DNA of 20,000 nucleotides, taken from an uncultured virus (IMG/VR IMGVR_UViG_3300015615_000078) (lineage: Duplodnaviria > Heunggongvirae > Uroviricota > Caudoviricetes). Shown here piece by piece: positions 1-7,091 of this stretch. The notes beneath the pieces were generated by a model, which was given only the letters and a program-made list of their open reading frames with translations, ran no database searches and was not told where the DNA came from. Position numbers and translations under genes: made by a program. The stretch lies in the IMG/VR virus record IMGVR_UViG_3300015615_000078, positions 44,291 through 64,290 of that record. One strand, 5' to 3'. Every line of letters begins with the position of its first letter. The stretch's first letter is position 1.

Positions 1-1310
1 AGATCAAGCTCAATCGAATTTTGCAGGACGCCCTTCTCGTCGATCTCGATGCCATCGAGCGACAGAGCCAAGCCTTCGATCCGGCTCTCCAGATTGGTAG
101 CACGCTTCTTACCGATCTTGCCGGCAGAGACCGCAGCATCAACGCGGTTCTTGTAGCCTTGCTTGAGAACCAGAGTCGTCAGACCGGTGAGGGATTCGAG
201 GCTCTTCTTGGCGATCACGATATCGTCGGGATTGTCTTGTGACATAAGCGTAGGAGATTGAGAAGTCTGACCATCCTTAGGTTTGACAGTCATGTTCTCT
301 AACTCGTCTTCCTCCTCTGAGTCTTCGTCGGGAATCGAGGTTAAGACCGTCAGGAGACGATCAGCAAAATTTTGGGGAGTCGTTCCTTGCGGAAAATCAA
401 TTTGAAACTTCTGAGCGAAGAGTGCCGTGATCTGGTTGATGACTTGTGGTTGAAGCTGGCTTACGGCACTGGGGTCTCCCTCAAAGCCTTCGCCTTCTTC
501 TCCTGCTCCAGCATCAGAACCGTCTCCGCTACCTTCACCGACTTCCTGATCCCCGCTCGTACCAGCAGAGCTGTACTTAGCTGTACCTGAGCTGCTGCCA
601 CCGGAGGGGCTCCCATTACTGGAACCGAATGATTTAGACTTGGGCTTAGGTTTTCCTGGAGAAAGAGTACCCGTCGTGTAGTCCTCTTCGTCCATCGCCA
701 TTGCGACAGCTAGCTCAGGAGCACTCAGACCTTGCTTGGCAAGGGAGGCGTCTAGCTCGTCTTGTTTCGTGCTCGGGGTCAGCAGCTCGAAAGGCTTCTG
801 ACCCGGTTGGACGGCTCGGTTGGTCAGACAGACGTGCAGGAGTGCATTGCGTCGTGTCTTGCCTTCGCCGTCTACCCAGTCCGCAATGAAGGGACTGGTT
901 TGCTTGTAGTTGTTCTTGACCTGATAGGCTTGGCTGTTGGGATCATTCGGGTCGCCTTCAGCGTCGATGTAGCCCACAAACTCACCCGTCTTGGGATCGA
1001 CTTCAAAGGGCTTGCTGGCTCCCCAGAAACCCATGTTCACCGCATGGTCCCAGCGAGAGGGCTCGCCAGTCTTGGCATCCATCAAGGAGTCATTCATCCC
1101 CTTAACCAAGGGGACAGGGTAGACGCCATTGTCGTCCGTATGGCCGACAGGAGCCGGAATGATGTTGCCGTCCTTGAGAAGCTCATTCGCTTCTCGGCAA
1201 ACTTCCTTCCAGTAATCCTTATCGACGATCTTCACCTTCCGCTTGCCGAGAGGATTCTTGGGAAGAACCACTCCAGGACGACCGATGACTTTGCGGAAGG
1301 TGACAGGCAT
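1..1310 (-). CDS. Mu gpI-like prohead protease/scaffold protein (partial, runs off the left edge; >436 aa)
   Basis: Translated by hand from ATG at 1310 (MPVTFRKVIGRPG...) with no stop before position 1; absent from the ORF track. Contains PAPVGH...NYKQTSPFIADWVDGEGKTRRNALLHVCLTNRAVQPGQKPF, which resembles the Mu-like protease SP / LxxVALTNRP motifs. This is followed by a Gly/Ser/acidic linker and VDAAVSAGKI, typical of the Mu-like scaffold C-terminus. Confidence 0.8.
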   Translation of the reverse strand, partial: MPVTFRKVIGRPGVVLPKNPLGKRKVKIVDKDYWKEVCREANELLKDGNIIPAPVGHTDDNGVYPVPLVKGMNDSLMDAKTGEPSRWDHAVNMGFWGASKPFEVDPKTGEFVGYIDAEGDPNDPNSQAYQVKNNYKQTSPFIADWVDGEGKTRRNALLHVCLTNRAVQPGQKPFELLTPSTKQDELDASLAKQGLSAPELAVAMAMDEEDYTTGTLSPGKPKPKSKSFGSSNGSPSGGSSSGTAKYSSAGTSGDQEVGEGSGDGSDAGAGEEGEGFEGDPSAVSQLQPQVINQITALFAQKFQIDFPQGTTPQNFADRLLTVLTSIPDEDSEEEDELENMTVKPKDGQTSQSPTLMSQDNPDDIVIAKKSLESLTGLTTLVLKQGYKNRVDAAVSAGKIGKKRATNLESRIEGLALSLDGIEIDEKGVLQNSIELD

Positions 1311-1393
1311 GACTAGGTTGTCAAAGAGCTGTGGGGACGAATGATGGTTGCAACCGTGAAATGAATTGCATTGATCTAGGCAGGCAAGATGTT

Positions 1394-1415
1394 CTATAAG
1401 GGCTGTGTGGGTCAA
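1394..1415 (-). promoter_or_regulatory. Promoter-like motif TTGACCC-N6-CCCTT-N-TAG upstream of the protease gene
   Basis: Minus strand TTGACCCACACAGCCCTTATAG; the same 22-nt architecture occurs at 3688-3709. Confidence 0.4.
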
Positions 1416-1468
1416 GGGGAAATTAGATAATTCTGTCCCGTGACCAATAGTTAGCTCGTCTGATTAGC

Positions 1469-1484
1469 TTGGTTTACAAACCAA
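1469..1484. promoter_or_regulatory. Palindrome TTGGTTT-AC-AAACCAA in the divergent intergenic region (possible operator)
   Basis: Perfect 7-bp inverted repeat 36 nt upstream of the 1521 ATG. Confidence 0.35.
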
Positions 1485-1520
1485 TAACTAGAATAAGAAA
1501 CCGTACCAGAGGATTGAACG

Positions 1521-2915
1521 ATGGCATTTAGCTCCACCAACTTATTCACTACGTTGGGCAAATTCATCAAGCACAGCAACATCTGGAACGGTTACTTCAC
1601 GGCTTTGAACACCGCCAAAAGCGATGTTTCCACAGTCCTCAACACCTACAGCCTGCTGGATTACTTTGTCCCGGTGCCGGGGCAGATTGAAGCCTTCCAA
1701 GCCCAGGTCGCTGGTTGGATTCAGCAGTACGCCAGCAATGTGCAGGCGATCATTCTGGATGAGACGACGGTGATCAGTCAGCTTCCCATCGCCTCAGGAG
1801 ACTTGACGACCGTACTCACGGCGATCTCACAGTACATGGTTGATAACAGCGTCACGATTCAATCGTCGGTTGTGACCTTAGGAGGTTCTGACGCTGATAT
1901 CGCCAAGTTCAACATCCCGCTGGGAGCACTCAGCACGCCAGGAGAAGCATACGTCTTTGTCAGTCGGAAATTGGATGGGATCAATGCTCCTAGTAACAGC
2001 TACCGCACCTACCCGCACTACTTTGGCCGTGAGAGTCAGTTGGCGATGAGCTGCACGGAGTATGCCAAGTGCGTTAGCAGCAACCCAGGACAAGAGGTTG
2101 TGCAGATATTCTCTGAGTTGGACGCCAATGCGTCCTACGACGACGAAGCCGAGAAGCCCGGCGTAGGACCGTCGCTTACCAATATCGAATCAAACAACCT
2201 AGTTCCCTCTAACTTCGACTTCAGCAATTGGAGCGGAGACAACCCCGTTGATTGGACGGTAACGCCCGGTGTCTCGGGGACTGACTGGGAAGACATGAGC
2301 GGGACCGGGGAAGGACCGCTGCGGATCGGCACGGTAGGAACCTATGCCAAGCAGAAAATCACTGGCCTTCAGCGAGAGCGGCAATACTTCTTTGGGGCTG
2401 TATTCAACTGCGTAGGAGCCGGTGCAACTACGGCGACCGTCAAGTTCCGAGTCGAGAACAGCGACGGCTCGACGGTTCATAGTACATTTACGAGCGTTAC
2501 GGTAGCTGACGTAGACGTACCCGCTGAATTCAACTTCATCTATGGGTTCTACGCACCAAGCGAGTCAGTCAACTTGGATGACATCTACTTGGTGATCGAG
2601 CATGATGCAGAGAGTGATGCGTCGAATGCTACGGATATCTACCGAGTCGCTATTTCTCCTGTGACCTTCTACAACGGTCTCGGTCATGTCTTCTGGAATC
2701 CGATCACGGATAACACCGACACGACTTATGATTTGGCCGTTGCTGTAGCGACCTTGGCTGGTGACGACTCGCCGGTCGTACCGCTGGACGCCTATGGCAG
2801 CATCGCCATCGTGAACAACGGAGCTGGCGTCATCCAGAGCTACTGCCGCAAGGTGTTGGGTATCCAGTTCCCAACAGCCGACAGTCCCAGCCTTGCTGAC
2901 TCGCTGGCGACGTAA
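1521..2915 (+). CDS. Hypothetical, probably virion-associated protein with a CBM/jelly-roll-like central domain (464 aa)
   Basis: Long ORF with AGAGGA 7 nt upstream. Helical N-terminus, then NLVPSNFDFSNWSGDNPVDWT...KITGLQRERQYFFG, a pattern seen at the start of CBM4-like domains. It is the only credible plus-strand gene. Confidence 0.7.
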   Translation: MAFSSTNLFTTLGKFIKHSNIWNGYFTALNTAKSDVSTVLNTYSLLDYFVPVPGQIEAFQAQVAGWIQQYASNVQAIILDETTVISQLPIASGDLTTVLTAISQYMVDNSVTIQSSVVTLGGSDADIAKFNIPLGALSTPGEAYVFVSRKLDGINAPSNSYRTYPHYFGRESQLAMSCTEYAKCVSSNPGQEVVQIFSELDANASYDDEAEKPGVGPSLTNIESNNLVPSNFDFSNWSGDNPVDWTVTPGVSGTDWEDMSGTGEGPLRIGTVGTYAKQKITGLQRERQYFFGAVFNCVGAGATTATVKFRVENSDGSTVHSTFTSVTVADVDVPAEFNFIYGFYAPSESVNLDDIYLVIEHDAESDASNATDIYRVAISPVTFYNGLGHVFWNPITDNTDTTYDLAVAVATLAGDDSPVVPLDAYGSIAIVNNGAGVIQSYCRKVLGIQFPTADSPSLADSLAT

Positions 2916-2939
2916 TCACCGGCCTAAGCGTGAAAAGAA

Positions 2940-3095
2940 TTACTCTGAGCAAGGAGGCTCAGGAGGGTGTTCAGTCCAGCAATCACAAGCTGGACAATAA
3001 ATCCACCAATTACCGTACTCGTCTTCTTCCGAGCAGGTATCAGGAACCTTGCTGCACATCATGCAATGCAGGTAGTCAGACACGATACGGCTCAT
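2940..3095 (-). CDS. Small Zn-ribbon protein (51 aa; CxxC...CxxC)
   Basis: MSRIVSDYLHCMMC...WWIYCPACDCW. The ATG at 3095 overlaps the end of the upstream gene and is preferred over the track start at 3173. Confidence 0.55.
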   Translation of the reverse strand: MSRIVSDYLHCMMCSKVPDTCSEEDEYGNWWIYCPACDCWTEHPPEPPCSE

Positions 3096-3672
3096 GGAAT
3101 TCGTCGATCTTAGCGTACAGCCAATCTTTGACGGCGAACTCATTCGCTTGGGTGATCTGGATCGGGCTACCAACGTGCATCGCTACCTGAAGCCCGCCCT
3201 TGGCCATCTCACTGGCTAAGTAGATCGACAAGTCCACTAAGTACTTATCCACGGGACTGGCCAACATATCCCCCAGCTTGTTGCAGAGAGCCTTGAAGTC
3301 TCGATGCCCGAACTGCTCACCCTTGATCTTAGGGAGACTGCCGGGGTTCTCTTTCTCGGCACAGAGCAGGGCTTGGAGGAAGGCGACCGTCCTCACGGAT
3401 ATCTCCGAGATCATCACGCTCTTGCGAGTGACGTTCTCACGCTCCTGACGAGCCAAGTCCTCCTTCGAGTTGTACTGATCAGGGAGGACGACGGAGAGCC
3501 TAGGACGGGGCTTCTTACGAGCATCCTTGGCTATCTGCTGCTTAGTACGAGTAGTGCGAGTTAGGAAGGCGGCTTTACGAAGATTAGCAGCAGATAATGC
3601 AGGCATTCCCAGGGAAGTTTTTTCCTGGGAAGAAAGACCAACTACGGTGCCGCTGACGCTCTGGACCTGCAT
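3076..3672 (-). CDS. Hypothetical protein with a basic N-terminal half (198 aa)
   Basis: AAAGGAG Shine-Dalgarno 7 nt before the ATG; Arg/Lys-rich N-terminus. Confidence 0.75.
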   Translation of the reverse strand: MQVQSVSGTVVGLSSQEKTSLGMPALSAANLRKAAFLTRTTRTKQQIAKDARKKPRPRLSVVLPDQYNSKEDLARQERENVTRKSVMISEISVRTVAFLQALLCAEKENPGSLPKIKGEQFGHRDFKALCNKLGDMLASPVDKYLVDLSIYLASEMAKGGLQVAMHVGSPIQITQANEFAVKDWLYAKIDEFHEPYRV

Positions 3673-3687
3673 AGAAGCACTCCTTTG

Positions 3688-3709
3688 CTAGAAGGGTGTG
3701 CCGGGTCAA
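3688..3709 (-). promoter_or_regulatory. Promoter-like motif TTGACCC-N6-CCCTT-N-TAG
   Basis: Minus strand TTGACCCGGCACACCCTTCTAG; 15/22 identical to 1394-1415. Confidence 0.4.
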
Positions 3710-3758
3710 TCCGGCGAACTGGGAATACAATTCACAGAATGGGGTAGGTATCTATAAC

Positions 3759-3971
3759 CTAGCCAAGAAGCCCATTAGGTTGGGGCTTCTTCATACAACA
3801 GAACTTGAACTTCTTGCCTGAACCACAGAAGCAAGGAGCATATTTGTCGTAGGTGGGATTGTGAAGAACGGAGAAGTCGGGAGGAGATATTTCAACTAGG
3901 TTCTCTCTGAGAGCACCAGCGGCAAGAGCAGATTCCTTGTCTTTGAATATGCGTCCAGTGGAAACGTCCAT
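3759..3971 (-). CDS. SEC-C metal-binding motif protein (70 aa)
   Basis: YAPCFCGSGKKFKFCC matches the SEC-C consensus CxCGSGKKxKxCx; GGGAG SD upstream. Confidence 0.85.
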   Translation of the reverse strand: MDVSTGRIFKDKESALAAGALRENLVEISPPDFSVLHNPTYDKYAPCFCGSGKKFKFCCMKKPQPNGLLG

Positions 3972-3981
3972 AGTAGACTCC

Positions 3982-4563
3982 CTAGGGCGATGAATTATCC
4001 TTGGCTGCTTGGATGGCTTCGCTGATTCGAGGACCGAACGAAACCGCTCCTAGCCGATCTACCCTAAGGTATCGAAACTTTATCTGGTTGTCTATCGTCG
4101 CGTCGGCGATGGAGACTCGGAAGGGCTCAGTCGAGCCGTCCTTCATCTTCAGATCGTAGATTTGCTCTGAGAGAAGTGGGTATTGCGAGAATTCGCTTAG
4201 TACATCAAAGCTAGCAGAACCCTCTTCTGAGTGATTCGGTCGCAAGCGAGCTAGCGTGTTGCCACGCATCTCCGCCGAAGTCCAACCAAAGAGATCAGTC
4301 ATCCCCTTGTTCCAGGAGACGATCTTGCCTTGTGGGTCCATGACCGCACGACCGAAGCTCTCAGTCTTGTCGAGCACCTTATGAGCCGCTGCCTTCTCGT
4401 TGTCCAAATTCCAGATAGCTTGCTTGCTCAGTGCCTTCTGAAGCTGAGTCCAGAGGAGCACGGCCAGAAGACTGCACATGATGACGCGAGTGGCCATGAG
4501 TAGTTGCTTTGGAAAGGGGATAGGAGTCGCCAGAGCTTTACTGACCTTTTGAGCTGTCGTCAT
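3982..4563 (-). CDS. Membrane-anchored stand-alone PAS-domain protein (about 193 aa)
   Basis: Hydrophobic segment VIMCSLLAVLLW, a helical linker, then a canonical PAS pattern (AVMDPQGKIVSWNKGMTDLFGWTSAEMRG...KMKDGSTEPFRVSI). No output domain. Start uncertain (4563 or 4599). Confidence 0.8.
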   Translation of the reverse strand: MTTAQKVSKALATPIPFPKQLLMATRVIMCSLLAVLLWTQLQKALSKQAIWNLDNEKAAAHKVLDKTESFGRAVMDPQGKIVSWNKGMTDLFGWTSAEMRGNTLARLRPNHSEEGSASFDVLSEFSQYPLLSEQIYDLKMKDGSTEPFRVSIADATIDNQIKFRYLRVDRLGAVSFGPRISEAIQAAKDNSSP

Positions 4564-4876
4564 TTTTACTCTCGATGACGTTAAGGAATTTGCGTGCATA
4601 GACGGGTATTTCTTTGATCTTGATGAAGCCGAGTCCGACTCCCCAAGCAGAGCCTATCACGGTCCAAGGCTTCTTACTGCCGCCCAAATACTCAAACCCA
4701 CACATCGCAAAAGCCGTACCAGCCGAACCATAATAGAACACAGCTTCCAGGATATCTCCCCAGGTAGCTCGTTCTCCCTTGGCTCGTCTGGACTTAACGA
4801 CAGAACCAATCGCCCCGACGCTCGCCGCCAAGAAAGAGAATATGAAGATCGTGATCGGCGATATGGGCGTCGGCAT
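4538..4876 (-). CDS. Holin-like small multi-pass membrane protein (about 112 aa)
   Basis: Two or three hydrophobic segments (ITIFIFSFLAASVGAIGSVV; AVFYYGSAGTAFAMCGF; WTVIGSAWGVGLGFI), a basic loop and a charged C-terminus. The holin function is inferred from architecture and context. Confidence 0.55.
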   Translation of the reverse strand: MPTPISPITIFIFSFLAASVGAIGSVVKSRRAKGERATWGDILEAVFYYGSAGTAFAMCGFEYLGGSKKPWTVIGSAWGVGLGFIKIKEIPVYARKFLNVIESKNDDSSKGQ

Positions 4877-5056
4877 AGCCCCATGTCGTACCACCTTGGA
4901 GGGATAGCGATCAAGGGAAGGTGGGCTAATCAGACACCTGCTGATCCGTGAAAAGAATACCCTATTATCCAGAAGACTTCAGAATCAGCCTGTGAAATAG
5001 GATAAGAGAGTCTCTTAAAGCCTAGATAGATCATTGCCTTTACCCGACAGGAGACA

Positions 5057-5083
5057 ATTCTAAGGATTGGCAGAATTTGTCAA
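5057..5083 (-). promoter_or_regulatory. Sigma70-like promoter upstream of the holin-like/PAS cluster
   Basis: Minus strand TTGACA-N15-TAGAAT; the spacer is shorter than the usual 16-18 nt. Confidence 0.4.
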
Positions 5084-5208
5084 TCGGGTCCGCAAGAGCA
5101 AGAACCAAGATTTTGGGAAATGGAAAGCTGGGTAATTTGGCCTAGCAAGAAGCGTGCCAGACGCCTCAGGGTAGCCTTGTAGGAGGGACTTAGAGAGACT
5201 TGGAGCAT
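5080..5208 (-). CDS. Possible 42-aa peptide coupled to terL
   Basis: TAATG stop/start overlap with terL; MLQVSLSPSYKATLRRLARFLLGQITQLSISQNLGSCSCGPD. Confidence 0.25.
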   Translation of the reverse strand: MLQVSLSPSYKATLRRLARFLLGQITQLSISQNLGSCSCGPD

Positions 5209-6881
5209 TACCGGGGAGTGGTATTGGGGGAGCGGAACATGCCTCCCTTGCCCCCTCCCAGACGGGGACGATTGCGGCCCATCGACCCATATGATCGGAT
5301 TCGAGCCATCCCCCTGGAGGCCCTAGGATGCGTCAGGATCGCTTGGGATGATCCAGAGGCTCCTGAGAGGCCCTGAGGGCCTGCTGGCCCTGAGCTGACG
5401 CTAGCCAAGCCCCCCGTGGCGATAGGCCGGGCTTGGTGCAGGCCCTTGTTCATCCCGTCCTCGATCTCCGAGCCCAGGGCCTTCCTGCCCACGTACTCGC
5501 CGGCCAGAGAGCAGGTGTCGATGATATCGCAGACTTCCCCCTTCCGACCGGTCCAGGTGAATAGCTCGTCCTCCGTGGTCTGGAGGAAGGGAGCGACGGC
5601 TGGTAGGAAGACTCTGCCGTTCTCGGCCCGTACCTGGAAGGTGGTCGAGCGGACTACCTTGTCCAGCTCACTGGGGATGCCCTTCACCGTGATGCCCTTG
5701 GCTCGCATCCCTTGGAAAACGGCTAAGGCGATAGAGTTGTCTTCAATCAGGGAGAGGGAGGGTCTCCAATCACGATTCTTCTGGACGATTTTGGAGAGGA
5801 AGGCCGGGACGGTCCATTGGCCTCTGATCATGTCCATCATCATCAAGTCGAAGTCTCGCGTCATGCCCCAGAGAGTATGCACGCTCCAAGCCGGTTCATA
5901 GTCAGTAGACTTCTTGAGGATTCTGCCTTCGATGCCAGTGGCTTCGCTGCCGGCTACGTCCGTCGTCGTGAACAAGAAGAGCTTGTTCTGATGGACGATC
6001 TTCACGCCTTGCTGGGTAGATAGGTGGTAGTACTCATTGCGGGGCTTGCTCCAACGATTGATGAACCAGTCTGGTTTGAAGACGGCATCAGGAGAGGCGT
6101 CCCAGTCGCCCCAGCGAAGTCTGTCGCGTTGGAGCTTGCCTAACTCGCCAAGATTAAGATCGTAGGCTTTCTGATCGAGGAAGGGGTTGTCTTCGAGCTT
6201 GGCTTGGATGAAGGGCCGCATCGGGTCCTTGCCTCTGAAGACGCCATCAGGGTCCTTGGTGATCTTGAATCGCTCCTTAACCCATCGCATACCCCGCGAG
6301 CCAGGATTGGTCGCTCCCCGTACCCGTAGAGGGATATGAGAGGTCGTGACCATATTGTCGTCCCCGCGACGTACCCGAGAGAACATGTATTCATATTGCG
6401 GCAGGTAGTAATGGGTTAGTTCGTCGAGACCGACGTACAGGAAGTCAGCTCCCTGGTACTGCTCTTCGTCTTCGATCTTATCTAAGTAGCCGAAAGCGAG
6501 AGAGGCTCCCTCCTTGGAGTAGAAGGTATTCTCAGAGGAGACCCACTTCACTTCCTTGGTAGCTAGGAAGGGCTCTAGCCACTGTTTCGCTCGATTGAAG
6601 ATGGCACCGGCGTACTTACCTTCCTTCACTGATCGGCGAATGATGATCGCTTTGTAGCCGGGGCAATCGAAGTACTGAAGAGCCCCCATGAGCAGGGCGT
6701 CACTCTTGCCACCGCCTGCTGCTCCCCCGTAGAGAGCTTCACGCATCGGGAGAGCTAAGAAAGCGACTTGCTTAGGAGTCGGCTTGTGAGGGATGTAGCG
6801 GGACCACTTAACCTTGAGGATACCCCCCGGCAAAGTCATATCAGCGACATTAGAGTTGTAAGGAGGAGTGATTACGGACAT
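5208..6881 (-). CDS. terL: Terminase large subunit (557 aa)
   Basis: Adenine-binding PTPKQ, Walker A YGGAAGGGKS, Walker B YVGLDE, coupling motif ATNPG, and LEDNPFLD. RNase H-like nuclease acids TTDVA, IEDN, DIIDTCS. Confidence 0.95.
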   Translation of the reverse strand: MSVITPPYNSNVADMTLPGGILKVKWSRYIPHKPTPKQVAFLALPMREALYGGAAGGGKSDALLMGALQYFDCPGYKAIIIRRSVKEGKYAGAIFNRAKQWLEPFLATKEVKWVSSENTFYSKEGASLAFGYLDKIEDEEQYQGADFLYVGLDELTHYYLPQYEYMFSRVRRGDDNMVTTSHIPLRVRGATNPGSRGMRWVKERFKITKDPDGVFRGKDPMRPFIQAKLEDNPFLDQKAYDLNLGELGKLQRDRLRWGDWDASPDAVFKPDWFINRWSKPRNEYYHLSTQQGVKIVHQNKLFLFTTTDVAGSEATGIEGRILKKSTDYEPAWSVHTLWGMTRDFDLMMMDMIRGQWTVPAFLSKIVQKNRDWRPSLSLIEDNSIALAVFQGMRAKGITVKGIPSELDKVVRSTTFQVRAENGRVFLPAVAPFLQTTEDELFTWTGRKGEVCDIIDTCSLAGEYVGRKALGSEIEDGMNKGLHQARPIATGGLASVSSGPAGPQGLSGASGSSQAILTHPRASRGMARIRSYGSMGRNRPRLGGGKGGMFRSPNTTPR

Positions 6882-6938
6882 AGAGATACATAGGTACTAT
6901 GGTGAAAAGTTTCCTGGGAAGGAAAGCTAGGCACCGGG

Positions 6939-7082
6939 CTAATCGTGATTATCTGGTGTCGCCGGGTGAGAGTAGATAATCAGATTGGGAAGTCCGAAAG
7001 GCGTAGGGGAGGGAGAGACTTCATCTTCGATGATTCCCCCGCCTGCTCCCATAAAGTCAAAGAGTAGTAGCCAGAGTCCCAT
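6939..7082 (-). CDS. Small hypothetical protein (47 aa; not in the ORF track)
   Basis: AGGA 8 nt before the ATG, 9 nt after the previous stop; MGLWLLLFDFMGAGGGIIEDEVSPSPTPFGLPNLIIYSHPATPDNHD fills the gap before terL. Confidence 0.5.
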   Translation of the reverse strand: MGLWLLLFDFMGAGGGIIEDEVSPSPTPFGLPNLIIYSHPATPDNHD

Positions 7083-7091
7083 AAGTAGTTC

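Noticed and set aside
21..1316. Plus-strand ORFs 21-242, 372-590, 701-889 and 762-1316
   Set aside because: Antisense shadows of the uninterrupted minus-strand protease/scaffold frame.
1355..2941. Direct repeats flanking the plus-strand gene as a target-site duplication
   Set aside because: The same motif occurs at 4948 and 12156 and there is no transposase, so it is better explained as a recurring motif.
4877..5207. tRNA or other structured RNA gene in the intergenic gaps
   Set aside because: No cloverleaf or T-loop consensus seen here or in the other gaps; a covariance-model search was not possible.
5060..5290. 76-aa minus-strand ORF in the track
   Set aside because: Overlaps the terL 3' end by 83 nt and the promoter-like element, with no recognisable features.
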